Of a DNA stretch of 64,000 nucleotides, positions 25,707 to 38,700 are shown piece after piece. The stretch's first letter is position 1. The number at the start of each line of letters is the position of its first letter. The stretch lies in NCBI GenBank assembly GCA_009914755.4, contig CP068257.2, positions 33,472,001 to 33,536,000 of the forward strand, read 5' to 3'. Made by a program: the position numbers and the translations under genes. This stretch comes from the human T2T-CHM13v2.0 reference genome, Homo sapiens. The notes below the pieces were generated by a model. The model was not told where the DNA came from. It made no database searches and worked only from the letters and a program-made list of their open reading frames with translations.

Positions 25707-26130
25707 ATATAGTAATTTCTAAACTTCCTACAACATATATTTATCAATCTAGTAAAGAGAAATGTTTTTAATAAAGATTTGACCTGTTAATGTCTATAAT
25801 ATTGTCATGGTCATTATTTTTAATTTAACGTATCATCCAGGTCTTCCAAACTGTTGGATTCTTAGAGCTAATACCAATATTTGCTAAGAACATGAAGCAC
25901 TCTCTTATTTAACCTGGGCTGTCAGTCATTCTTTCTTTCTTTGATGCAGTTTGCCTTAACCCAAGTTCAGATGACATGAAAAGTCATTTGTATTATGTTC
26001 TTGGAAGCTTGGACAATTGTATTACTCACATTCTACATGTCCAGGGATAGCTAATGGTTAGTAGTTTTACTGAACCGTAAGGTCACCTCTGATGGAATAT
26101 TCATTGAGTACTGATACTATGTATCTTGTC

Positions 26131-26680
26131 TGTATTAGTAAGAGTTTTCCAGAGAAATAGAACTAATAGGATGTGTGTTTGTATGTGTGAGATGTTTGTG
26201 TATAAAGAGATTTATTATAAGGAATTGGTTCACATAATTATGAAGGATGAAAAGTCCGAAAATCTGCAGTTGGTAAGCTGGAGACCCAGGAGAGCTGATG
26301 GTATATTTCCAGTCCTAGCCTGAAGGCTATAGAACCAGGAGAGCTGATGGTGTAGGTTGCAGTTGAAAAGCTGGTAGGCTTGAAACCCCTGAAAAGCCAA
26401 TTTTTCGTTTTCAGTCCAAAGACAGGAAAAGACCAATGTCCCAGTTCAAATGGTCAAGTAGGAGGGATTTTCTTTTGCTCAGCCTTTTTTATTCTGTTTA
26501 GGTCTTCAATTGATTGGATGAGCACACCCACATTATGGAGGGCAACCTGCTCTACTCAGCCTACAGATTCAAATGTTAATCTTATCTAGAAACTTCTCAA
26601 AAACACATCCAGAATAATGTTTGACCAAATGTCTGAGCACTCTGTGGCCCAGTCAAGTTGACACATAAAATTAACCATCA
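26131..26680. mobile_element. ERVL-MaLR-type LTR (MST/THE-like family)
   Basis: tgtattagtaagagttttccagagaaatagaactaatagg...ataaggaattggttcacataattatgaaggatgaaaagtcc...ctggagacccaggagagctgatggt...gagggcaacctgctctactcagcctacagattcaaatgttaatcttatc...gtggcccagtcaagttgacacataaaattaaccatca. This matches a well-known MaLR LTR consensus wording. Confidence 0.55.
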
Positions 26681-27054
26681 TATTGTCCAACATACAAATG
26701 TGTCTCAATGGGCATAAACTGTTGAACCCAAACCTCCTTAGGGGCTATTACCACTTGTCCTGTTAAGCTGGAAGACCCCATGGGCTGACTTACTCTTCTG
26801 TGGCCACTTCACGGGGTAGGTCCATAAGAGACCCTTGATAATATGGAAGACCAGGACTTAGTTATTGAAATGCACTTCTGTATATTTGCTCTGAATTAAA
26901 TTATATACAGCAAATGGACTCTATCAGATAAAAATTATAAAATGAATGCTTTAAATTCTCCACTGACTTTTATAAAATACTTCTCACTCTTTGGCTACCA
27001 GGTGATTTCGTTGGGTGTGTGCACAAATGCAAGCTCTTGCCACCATTAAATTGG

Positions 27055-27235
27055 CTATTTTATATATATGTGTGTGTGTGTATATACATATATATATACA
27101 CACACATATATACATATATATATACATATATACATATATACATATACACATACATACACATATATACATATATACATATATATACATATATACACACATA
27201 TATACATATACGTGTGTGTGTGTATATATATATAT
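27055..27235. repeat. Compound (TG)n/(TA)n/(TACA)n-type microsatellite, about 180 bp
   Basis: tatatatatgtgtgtgtgtgtatatacatatatatatacacacacatatatacatatatatatacatatatacatatatacatatacacatacatacacatatatacatatatacatatatatacatatatacacacatatatacatatacgtgtgtgtgtgtatatatatatat. Confidence 0.9.
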
Positions 27236-28477
27236 TCTGCTCAGATTCAAATTCCCAAAAGCTGAGGGGTGGAGCTATTTACCTGCTTTCCCCCTGGGTG
27301 TTCCACCCTAGACACTTTGGCATTAAGAAATAAATGCTAAGGTACAGAGTTGGTTGTTTGGTCCTGAATTCAAGATTCTGTCCTAGCTCAACTCTCAAGT
27401 TTGAAGGATGGTGGCTCTCTCAAGGCAGAATTGGAACCAGGAATAACATCCACACATGGGGGCTAGGAGAAGTGACTTGGCTAAAGAAGAGGACATGCCA
27501 GTAGAGAGATCTAACCCAGTGTCCAAGCCATCTTATAATCTTGCCAACTCTGGAAACAGCCAGTTCTGGGTTTCCAACCTGAAGGCAGATCACCGATGTA
27601 GAAAATCCAGTGGGCTGAGGACTGGAGTGTGAGGCTGTGGTCACCAGGAATAGCTGTGCATGGATAGTAGGATCCAAGGTGAAGGCTGGGACAGAGAAAT
27701 GTAAGGCAGCTGTCCAGGGAAGGGCTCAACTGTAGTATGGCAGGGATTCAGGTCTAAATCCAGCCTAGTGGTTCTCAATTAGGGACTATTGGGCAATGTC
27801 TGGAGACATCTTGGGGCATTACAACTGGGATGATTGGCATCTAATGGGTGTCATCCTACAATGCACAAGATAGTATCCTACAGTAAAGAAGGATCTGTCC
27901 TCACATTTCAACAGTACCGAGGTGGAAAAACTCTGGTAACCTTCTAGGTTGGGACAGCAAAGACCTGGGCAGGCAAATATGGAAGGGCAGGAAGGAGAGC
28001 TGGGTCTGGGAGCAGATCAGCACCCTGAAAGCCACCACTGGCAGCCCCACATGTGGTCTGATTTGCAAGAATGAGCACCAAGTGGCAGGAGCCCAGTGCT
28101 GAAAATGGGGTCATGATCATGGGCTGAGCTTGGGGTTGTTTCTTGTGAAGACCCACAAGACATGAAGAAGGAAAATGAATCTTAAGACATGCCTCTTGCC
28201 TCAGGCAGGGATGACTCAGGTTGGGGTCAAGGTGAATGGTGGCGCATCACTGGGAGGCCCATTGAGGGGACATAAGAGAAGACATGGGCAATGGCAATGA
28301 GGCCTGAAGTCCCAGAAAGGAGCATGCAAAGACTTCCCATGAGGGACATTGGAAGAACTTTTCCTTTTCCTTCCAGACAGCCTCCCCTTGCATAGGTTAT
28401 CTGGGAAAGGAATGGACTGTGGTGATAAAGAGCATGTGCTCTGCAGCTGGCCTGCTGGGACTAGGATCCTGTCTCTG

Positions 28478-28920
<443 letters not shown>

Positions 28921-28925
<5 letters not shown>

Positions 28926-29110
28926 GACCCTTGAATAGCACTGGTTTTAACTGTGTGGGTCCACTTATAGGCAAATTGTTTTCAACTAAACACAAATTGA
29001 AAATACCTGTGTGTGCTGAGGACTGTCTTCATACAGCAGGTTCTGAAAGCTTGACTGTGGAACTTGAATATGAGCAGATTTTGGTATATTGGGGGTACTG
29101 GAACCAATCC
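28921..29110 (+). mobile_element. Tigger-type (TcMar) DNA-transposon fragment with terminal inverted repeat
   Basis: cagctgacccttgaatagcactggttttaactgtgtgggtccacttatag... matches the Tigger TIR (cagttgacccttgaacaacacgggtttgaactgcacgggtccacttatac...). ...tattgggggtactggaaccaatcccctcagtatacc resembles the Tigger subterminal motif. Confidence 0.5.
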
Positions 29111-32100
29111 CCTCAGTATACCTTTATTTGCAAAGATAAGGGTAACAACTATGATATTTATAAATATATATATATATATTGCACACCCACCCATGAATGT
29201 AATATTTGTGAATATATATTTTCATATTTGTAAAGATGAGATGTGATAACTGTGTTTCTTAGTTTCTCAAAATAGATACTAGTTTATTTTCCACCTCTTA
29301 AAATTAAACATCTTGTGAAATTGAAACAAGAAAAAAGAAAAGTTTTTTGCTTCTGCTGTCCTTTTCTCAACACTCCCAGGTTCCCAGGGCTATGAGAATT
29401 GGGGTCAGTCACACCTTTCCTGTAGGGATAGCACAATGAGTGGGCTGTGGTCAGGGGTGTTGGTCAAAACTGCCTTGGAGTAATCCCGAGGACATATTCC
29501 TCCCTCCTCCCCGACTCCAGCACTGAAACAACACTCAGCTCAAAGAGTTTAGGTCAGACTTCCTATGTCCAGTCTGCCTCCCCATATCAACTTTAGTTGC
29601 TTGTCACAAAAACATTTTGCTCACAAAACATTCCAAAATGCGCAGGTTAGAGCAGGGATTTACAACCAAGGTAGTGTGAACCGCCATCCTGGCATCTGTA
29701 TTGAGTGCAGCTAATCAGTTACAAACGTGCACACTCACCAAACACAACTCTGTACCTCAAATGTGGGAAGGCCCCTAAATCCTATATCCAGCATATGAAG
29801 AAAATAAAGGGAAAAGCAATCATGCTGAGATGTATAATAAATCAGCATGACTTTGTTTTAAAATTTTGCTAAAGTTTAAACATGCACCGGGGAAGGTGTC
29901 TATTAATAGTCATTAATATGCATAGAGATCTTCACATATTTCACTCACTAATGCATGCCAGAATTTTTCTTTTCCTGCTGGGATTTTTCCCCCAACGAAT
30001 TTTTCTGTTGAGATTGTGCTTCTTAGAAAAAGATAAGGCAAATGTGGTTGAGCAAGTTGGACACTGGACACTTGACTGTGTGTGATGACTTCACTAATAA
30101 TTCTAGCTTGATTAAAACTGGTAATCTAGAAAGTGAATATAGTATTAAGAATTAGGCTTAGAGTTAAACAGCCAATCTAAGAGAATTGCAAATGATTTCT
30201 TATTGCCTATCAAGATTCAAATAATGCTCAGAACACTCATGGCTACTGGGTTTTTGTTGAAAAGTGATAGCTCTGGGTATGAAGAAAAGGATGACCTCAC
30301 ACACATCTTTCATCCCTGTGGCCTTGGGAAGGAAATCTTCAGTTGGAAGGTTTTTAGGCTACAAATAACATGAATGAGTAGAGTCGTAGCCCTTGTTTTT
30401 TCCTTTGTGATTTACACTGCAATGTTCTAAGGAGCGAGCAATGACCTTCGACATCCACATGGCCTTATTTTACAGGGGAGTTGAGAGCCACTGAATTTAT
30501 GTCCTTGTTTGAGCTTCCAAAACCAATTAGCATCAGAGGCAAGCCTTGATCATGCGGCTCTTGGTTCTCACTTCTGGGCTCCTTCCCTCACCCTGGGTGG
30601 GTCCCTTCTGGCAGAGACATCTGCTCTGGAGCATTCATGCCTAAAGAGTGACATGACATTTTTCAGCACCTATTACGGCCTGAAAACTGGAATCCATTGT
30701 GATGTTAAGATGCTGCACTTTGTGCCAATGAGTCTTTATTTCCCACTTTGCTTTAACTCAAACCTTGTGTGATACTTCCAAATGTCTGTCTCAATCCACT
30801 CTGATCTTCAACACCAGCAAGTTCCAATGGGAGATTTTAATTCCCAGTCTGCTCTTGGGAAAAGGATAAAAATTAATTCTCAGGTTCCTCTTCTCCCAGT
30901 CCATGTTTGAAACTGGAGATGCAAGTGGTACTCACACAATTAACCTTCTTTGTGACCATCTCTCCCAACGCCAGCTTTGCTGTCAAACTCTCTATACAAT
31001 TCAGTGCAAGAAACACACTATTGTGGGGATCCTATATAAGACGGTGGATAGGAGTCAGGACTAGCTTACAGCTCCCATGGGACAGACAGAGCAGTGTGTG
31101 GAGACTCACATCCCAAACTTTTGCTCCAAGAATGACCACAGAAACATGCCAGGAAAGCCGAGAGAATCCATAGACCCTTCAAAGGAACTGGGTTCACTAC
31201 TGTGGGCTCCCTGAGATGCTGAAAAGCAAGTCTGCTTGCTTTCTCAGAAGGGAGGCTTGTGGTGTGGGGCAAGTTCTCCACCCAGGTCACCAGCTGCTTG
31301 GAAATAGACTGGGTGCTGTTGGAGGGGGATGGTGGGAGTGAGACCAGCCTTTAGGACTGCGGGCTGTGTGGGAGTAGGGTGAGGCCTGTGATTGCTGGCT
31401 TTCCCCCACTTCCCTGGTGACCTGCACGACTCAGCAGAAGTAGCTATAATCCCCCTGGGAATACAATACTCCATTGGATTGGGAACCGCACCCTCATCCC
31501 CCACAGCAGCCATAGCAAGCCCCGCCAAAGGAGAGGCTGAGCTCAGACAAACCTATCCCTAACCCCACCTGGTGGTCTTTCTCTGCCTGCCCTGGTAGCT
31601 GAAAACAAAGGTCATAATCTTTTGGGAGCTCTGTGGCCCTGCCCACAGCCTGAGAAACCTGAACACTTAACCAGGTGTCCCTCAGACAAGATTGTATCCT
31701 CCCTATAGGACTGCAGCTAATGTACTCTTGAAAGTGCCACCCCTTGGCTGGAAGCCAAGCAACATAAAACCAGCACACTAAACAAAAACATAACCAAGGA
31801 CCCTGACATAGTCCACTTCATTCCCCTGCTACCTCCACCAGAGCAGGTGCTGGTATCCATGGCTAAAAGACCTGAAGACAGATCACATCACAGGACTCTT
31901 TGCAGACACTCCCCACTATCAGCCCGGAGCCCTGAAGCTCTGCTGTGTGGCTAGACCCAGGAGAGCAAAAACAATCACTACAGTTCAGCTCTCAGGAAGC
32001 CCCACTGCTAGGAGAAGGGGGAGAACGCCACATTCAGGGAGCACCCCATGGGATAAAAGAATCTGAACAGCAGCCCTGGAGTCCCAGATCATCCCTGACA

Positions 32101-32630
32101 TAGTCTACCCAAATGAGAAGGAATCAGAAAAACAGTTCTGGTAATATGACAAACAAGATTCTTTAACATCCCCAAAAGATCATCCAGCTCACAAGCAAGC
32201 GATCCAAACCAAGAGGAAATCTCTGAATTGCCAGAAAAAGAATTCAGAAGGTAGATTATTAAGCTAATCAAGGAGGCACAAGAGACAGGTAAAGTCCAAC
32301 TTAAAGAAATAAAAAACATGATATAGGGTATGAAAGGAAAATTCTTCAGTGAAATAGATAGCATGAATAAAAACAATCACAACTTCTGGAAATTAAGGAC
32401 ACACTTAAACAAAATGCAAAATACACTAGAAGTCTCAGCAACAGGACAGAACAAGAAGAAGAGAGAACTTCAGAGCTCGGAGACAAGGCTTTTGAATTAA
32501 CCCCATCCATCAAAGACCAAGAAAAAAGAATTTAAAAAATAAACAAAGCTTCCAAGAAGTTTGAGACTATGTTAAACATCTAAAACTAAGAATAATTGGC
32601 ATTCCTGAGGAAGAAAATAAATCTAAAAGT

Positions 32631-33026
32631 TTGGGAAACATATTTGAGGGAATAATCAAGGTAAACTTCCCTGGCCTTGCTAGAGATCTAGACATCCAAA
32701 TAAAAGAATCTCAAAGAATACCTGGGAAATTCATCACAAAAAGATCATCGCCTAGGCACATAGTCATCAGGTTATCTAAAGTCAAGACAAAGGAAAGAAT
32801 CTTAAGAGCTATGAGGCAAAAGCATCAGGTAACCTATAAAGGAAAACCTATCAGATTAACAGCAGATTTCTCAGCAGAAACTCTAAATTCTAGAAAGGGT
32901 TGGGGTTCTATTTTTAGTCTCTTTGAACAAAACAATTATCAGCCAAGGGTTTTGAATCCAGTGAAACTAAGCTTCATGAATGAAGGAAAGATACAGTCTT
33001 TTCCAGACAAACAAATGCTGAGATAA
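32631..33026 (+). pseudogene. L1 ORF1p remnant (C-terminal RRM/CTD region), part of the L1 above
   Basis: The 131-aa ORF translates to ...IPGKFITKRSSPRHIVIRLSKVKTKERILRAMRQKHQVTYKGKPIRLTADFSAETLNSRKGWGSIFSLFEQNNYQPRVLNPVKLSFMNEGKIQSFPDKQMLR. This is colinear with the human L1 ORF1p C-terminus (...RHIIVRFTKVEMKEKMLRAAREKGRVTLKGKPIRLTADLSAETLQARREWGPIFNILKEKNFQPRISYPAKLSFISEGEIKYFTDKQMLRDF). Confidence 0.85.
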
Positions 33027-33618
33027 TTCACCACTACCAAGCCAGCACTATAAGAACTGCTAAAAAGGAGCTCTAAATCTTGAAAAGAAAATTCTCAAAT
33101 ACACCAAAATAGAACCCCCTTAAAGCAGAAATCTCACAGGACGTGTATAACAATAACACAATGAAAAAAAGGTATCCAGGCAACAAATACCATGATGAAT
33201 AGAATAGTACCTCACATCTCAATACTAACATTGAATATAAATAGCCTAAATGCTCCACTTAAAAGTTACAGAATGGCAGAATGGATAAGAACTCACTGAC
33301 CAAGTTTCTGCTGTCTTCAGGAGACTAACCTAACACATAAGGACTCACATAAACTTAAGGTAAAGGGGTGGAAAAAGATACTCCATGCAAATGGACACCC
33401 AAAGTGAGCAGGAGTAGCTATTCTTATATCAGACAAAACAAACTTTAAAGCAAAAGCAGTTAAAAAAAAGACAAAGAGGGACATTATATAATGATAAAAG
33501 GACTAGTCCAACAGGATAATATGATTCTAAATATATACACACTTAATACTGGAGTTCCCAAATTTATAAAACAATTACTACTAGACCTAAGAAATGAGAT
33601 CGATGGCAATACATAATA

Positions 33619-33942
33619 GTGGGGGACTTTAGTACTCCATTGACAGCACTAGACCAGTCATCAAGACAGAAAATCAACAAAGAAACAATGGACTTAAACT
33701 ACACCCTACAACAAATGGACTTAACAGATATTTACAGAACATTCTACCCAACAACTGCAGAATATACATTCTATTCATCAGCACGTGGAACTTTCCCCAA
33801 GATAGACCATATGATAGGCCACAAAACAAATCTCAGGAAATTTAAGAAAATCGAATTTATATTAGGTACTCTCTCAGAATACAGTGGAATAAAAGTGGAA
33901 ATCAACTCCAAAAGGAACCCTCAAAACCATGCAAATACATGA
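33619..33942 (+). pseudogene. L1 ORF2p endonuclease-domain fragment, part of the L1 above
   Basis: The ORF translates to MGDFSTPLTALDQSSRQKINKETMDLNYTLQQMDLTDIYRTFYPTTAEYTFYSSARGTFPKIDHMIGHK.... This matches the L1 ORF2p endonuclease region (...GDFNTPLSTLDRSTRQKVNKDTQELNSALHQADLIDIYRTLHPKSTEYTFFSAPHHTYSKIDHIVGSK...). Flanking frames are broken by stop codons. Confidence 0.85.
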
Positions 33943-35385
33943 AAATTAAATAACCTGCTCCTGAATGATCATTGGGTCAACAATGACATCAAGATGGGAA
34001 CTGAAAATTTCTTTGAACTGAACAATAATAGTGACACAATCTATAAAAACCTCTGCAATACAGCAAAGGTGGTGCTAAGAGAAAGGTTCATAGCATTAAA
34101 TGCCTACATCAAAAAGTCTGAAAGAGCACAAATAGACAATGTAAAGTCGCACCTCATGGAACTGGAAAACAGAAACAATCCAAACCCAAACCCAGGAGAA
34201 GAAAAGAAATAACCAAGATCAAAGCAGGACTAAATGAGACTGAAACAAAAGAAATACAAAAGATAAATAAAACAAAAGGCAGGTTATTTGAAATGATAAA
34301 TAAAATTGATAGACCATTAGCAAGATTAACCAAGGGAAGAAGAAAGTCCAAATAAGCTCATTTACAAACAAAATGGAAGATATTGCAACTGATACCACAG
34401 AAATACAACAGATTATATAAGGCTACTATGAACATCTTTATGAGCATAAACTAGATAACCTAGAGGACATGCTAGAGGATATGGATAAATTCCTGGAAAT
34501 ATACAACACTCCTAGATTAAACCAGGAAGAGATAGAATTTCTGAACAGATCAATGACAAGTACTGAGATTGAAATGGTAATAAAAAAATTGCCAAAAAAG
34601 TCCAAAACCAGATGGATTCACAGCTGAATTCAATCAGACATTCAAAGAATTGGTACCAATCCCATTGACACTATTCCAAAAGATAAAGAGGGAATCCTCC
34701 CTAAATCATTCTATGAAGCCAGTATCACCCTAATACCAAAACCAAGGAAGGACATTAAAAAAAAAAAAAAGAAAACAATATCCCTGATGAGCATAGATGC
34801 AAAAGTTCTCAACAAAATACTAGTGAAATGAATCCAACAGCATACAGAAAAGATAACCCACCACGGTCAAGTGGGTTTTATACCAGGGATGCAGGGATGG
34901 CTTAACATATGTAAGTCAATAAATGTGATACACCACATAAATAGAATTAAAAACAAAAATTACATAATCATCTCAATAGATGCAGAAAAGGCATTTGACA
35001 AAATCCTGCATCCCTTTATGATTAAAACCGTCAGTAAATCGGCATAAAATGAACATACCTTAAGGTAATAAAAGCCATCTATGACAAGCCCACAGCCAGC
35101 ATTATACTGAATGGGGAAAAGTTGAGAACATTCCCCTTGAGAACTGGAACAAGACAAGGATTCCCACTTTCACCACTTCTATTCAACATTCAACATAGTA
35201 CTGGAAGTCCTAGCCAGAGCAATCCGACAAGAGAAAGAAATAAAGGGCATCCAAATTGGTAAAAAGGAAGTCAAACTGTTGCTGTTTGCTGATGATACGA
35301 TCATATATGTAGAAAACCCTAAAGACTCATCCCGAAAGCTCCCAAAACTGGTAAATAAATTCAGCAAAATTTCAGGAAACAAAAT

Positions 35386-35755
35386 TGTGTTAGTCCATTC
35401 TCACACTGCTAATAAAGACATACCTGAGACTGGTTAATTTATAAAGGAAAGAGGATTAATTATTTAACAGTTCAGCATGGCTGGGGAGGCCTCAGGAAAC
35501 TTACGATCATGGTGGAAGGGGAAGCAAAAACATCTTTTTTTCACATGGTGGCAGGAAGAAGTGCTGAACAAAGGGGGAGAGACCTTTATAAAACCATCAG
35601 ATCTTGTGCGAATTCACTCACTATCATGAGAACAGCATGGGGTGACAGCCCCTGTGATCCAATCACTTCCCACTAGGTCCCTCCCCAAATGTGGGCATTA
35701 AAATTCAGATAACAATTCAAGATGAGATTTGGGTGGGGACAGAAAGGCCATATCA
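35386..35755 (-). mobile_element. THE1-type (ERVL-MaLR) solo LTR nested inside L1 ORF2, with 5-bp TSD
   Basis: The reverse complement matches the THE1 consensus end to end over 370 bp, from tgtgttagtccattctcacactgctaataaagacatacctgagactggttaatttataaagg through ...catggctggggaggcctcaggaaacttacgatcatggtggaagg... to ...gatgagatttgggtggggacagaaaggccatatca. The L1 pentamer aaaat is duplicated on both sides, at 35381-35385 and 35756-35760. Confidence 0.85.
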
Positions 35756-38700
35756 AAAATTAACGTACACAAATCAGTAGCTCTGCTATACACCAACAGT
35801 GACCAAGCTGAGAATCAAATCATGAACTCAACCCCCTTCACAACAGCTGCAAAAAAAAAAAAATATATACTTAGGAATTTACCTAACCAAGGACATGAAA
35901 GACTTCTACAAGGAAAACTACAAAACACTGCTGAAAGAAATCAGAGACAATGCAAAAAAAGTGGAAACACATCCCATGCTCATGGATGGGTAGAATCAAT
36001 ATTGTGAAAATGACCATACTGCCAAAAGCCATCTAGAAATTCAATGCAGTTCCCAGCAAAACACCACCATCATTCTTCGCAGAACTAGAAAAAACAATCC
36101 TAAGAATATAGAATCAAAAAAGAGCCTGCATAGCCAAAACAAGACTTAGCAAAAACAACAAAACTGGAGGCATCACATTGCACAACTTCAAACTATACTA
36201 TAAAGCCATAATCACCAAAACAGCATGATACAGAATAGAGAACCCAGAAATAAAGCCAAATACTTACAGCCAACTGTTCTTTGACAAAGCAAACAAAAAC
36301 ATAAATTGGGGAAAGGACACCCTATTCAACAAATGGTGCTGGGATAATTGGCAAGTCACATGTAGAAGAATTAAACTGGATCTTCATCTCTTACCTTATA
36401 CAAATATCAACTCAAGACGGATCAAACACTTAAATCTAAGACCTGAAACCATAAAAATTTTAGAAGATAACATTGGAAAAATCCTTCTAGACATTGGCTT
36501 AGGCAAAGACTTTATGACTAAGAGCACAAAAACAAATGCAACAAAAACAAAGATAAATAGATGGGACTTTTGAAAATCTGCACAACAAAAGAAATATTCA
36601 GCAGAATTAATAGATAACCCACAGAATGGGAGAAAATCTTCACAATCTATACATTTGACAAAGGACTAATATCCAGAATCTACAAAGAACTCAAACAAAT
36701 CAGCAAGAAAAAACAAACAAAAAAACAAAAAACAACCCATCAAAAAGTGTGCTAAGGACATGAATAGACAACTCTCAAAAGAAGATATACAACTGGTCCA
36801 CAAGATATGGAAAAATGCTCAACATCACTAATTATCAGGGAAATGCAAATCAAAACCATTATCTGATACCACCTAACTCCTGCAAGAATGGCCATAATCA
36901 AAACAATCAAAAAATAATAGATGTTGGTGGGGATGCAGTAAAAAGGGAACACTTTTACACTGTAGTGGGGGTGGAAACTAGTATAACCACTATGGAAAAC
37001 AGTGTGGAGATTCCTTAAAAAACTAAAAATAGATCTACTGTTTGATCCAGCAATTCCACTACCAGGTATCTACCCAGAGGAAAATAAGTCATTACACAAA
37101 AAAGATACTTGCACATGCATGTTTGTAGTAGCACAATTTGCAGTTGCAAAAATATGGAAACAGCACAAATGCCCATCAATCAACGAGTGGATAAAGAAAA
37201 TATGGTATATATATATACACATACATACACACCATGGAATACTACTCAGCCATAAAAAGGAACAAAATATTGGCATTCACAGCCACCTGGATGGAATTGG
37301 AGGCTAGTATTCTAAGTAAAGTAACTCAGAAATGGAAAATCAAATATTGTACATTCTCACTCATATGTGGGAGCTAAGCTATTAGGGCACAAAGACATAA
37401 GAATGATGCGTTGGACTTTGGGGACTGAGAGAAAAGAGTACGAGGTGGTGAGGAATAAAGGACTAGACATTGGGTACAGTGTACACTACTCAGGTGATGG
37501 GTGCATCAAAATCTATCTCAGAAATGACCCCTAAAGAACTTATTCATGTAACCAAACACACCTGTTTCTCAAAAACCTATTGAAATATAACAGTTTAAAA
37601 AATTTAAAAAAGAAAAAAGAAACACACCATTGTGGTTTTTACAAGACCCCAAAGTTTGAGGAATTGGTTAGTTAGCTCCACATTTTGACACTCACCATGT
37701 GTGTAACACAGCATAAAGCCTCCCCTCTGTGAGCTATTAGATGAGAAAGATGAAACAATACTGGCACATCTGAAAAAGCATAAGAATGAGCAGAATGGTG
37801 CCAGTCATGCAACAGAGAGTGGTGAAAATAGTGTGTGCACTCATTTTTGGAAAGAGTGATTGGCATCTGGTGCTTGTTCACGAAAATGTAGAATTTCAGG
37901 ACCTGGGAAAGAGTTCATTCAATATTTTGACTGGCTGTGGTTTAAATGAACAACTGTTTCTGAACACTCCTGTGCCAATGACTGTCTCCCCATCTGCTGA
38001 CCATCACCCCGTCAGTACTCATCTGTGAGCAGCATCTCTGTGAGCCACGCTTCAGCGCAAGGTTTGCTGTGCTGCAATCTGCTTCTGTTTGCATACGAAA
38101 AGAGAAAAGTGAATAAATGTTTCAAAATTCCTACGTTGGAAAGATTCTGAATCCACCCCAGTCGTCATCTACTTCTTTATTTAGAATTATTCATATGTGC
38201 GTTATTTACAGTTTCTCCATGTGGTGTGCTTTCCTTTGTGTTTCTCTTAACATTTTTAATGACCAAAGGCAAACAGGAATCAGTTATTTTGTCACAATTC
38301 CTTCCCATTTAAATGGAGATGGCCAGATTTTCCTATGGCATTCATACTATACCTATTTTCTTTCTTACTTTCTTAATTTCCTCTCTTAAGTCTTATCTAT
38401 ATCTTTGTTAGGAAGAAATAATTTCAGATAGAATAAACTAATTAATATATAGTTATAGATATTTTCAGAACTATCTATTATAGTTTCAGAACAGACTATT
38501 TTGAATATATATATATATATTCAAATACTCAGACCTGCAATGAGCCCAAATATGTATTTAAATATACATATTCAAACTAACAAAATTTTAGCTGCAGCTA
38601 AATAGCAAACTTAAGAAGATGAAAGATAGATGAGCCAGAATTGTGATGGGCCTGAGCTTCTAAGATCTCAGTAGGTGTTTTACCTCCTAAACCAACATTG

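Larger units (their letters stand above)
31027..37616 (+). mobile_element. LINE-1, essentially full length (older L1PA/L1PB-type), inactive, with 19-bp TSD and a nested THE1 LTR
   Basis: The 5'UTR starts ...taagacggtggataggagtcaggactagcttacagctcccatgg, matching the L1 5'UTR gccaagatggccgaataggaacagctccggtctacagctccc. ORF1 and ORF2 homologous sequence runs throughout: the ORF1p-like ORF at 32631..33026, the ORF2 endonuclease-like ORF at 33619..33942, and reverse-transcriptase-region sequence such as ...ttgctgtttgctgatgatacgatcatatatgtagaaaaccc. The 3'UTR ends in an A-rich tail (...cagtttaaaaaatttaaaaaagaaaaaag). Direct repeats aagaaacacac(t/c)attgtgg sit at 31008-31026 and 37617-37635. Both ORFs carry many stop codons and frameshifts. 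Without the 370-bp nested LTR the element is about 6.2 kb. Confidence 0.95.

Noticed and set aside
26283-26353. Internal tandem duplication (acccaggagagctgatggt x2) inside the LTR at 26131-26680, as a possible local expansion
   Set aside because: The same duplicated motif is part of this MaLR family's consensus as I recall it, so it is ancestral to the family and not locus-specific.
27015-27333. ORFs of 65-104 aa rich in Y, I, H, T and C
   Set aside because: They are translations of the compound TA/CA/TG microsatellite and are not genes.
32631-33026. 131-aa ORF as a possible novel protein-coding gene
   Set aside because: It is the decayed C-terminal part of L1 ORF1p inside the full-length L1. 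It lacks a proper N-terminus and is flanked by stops.
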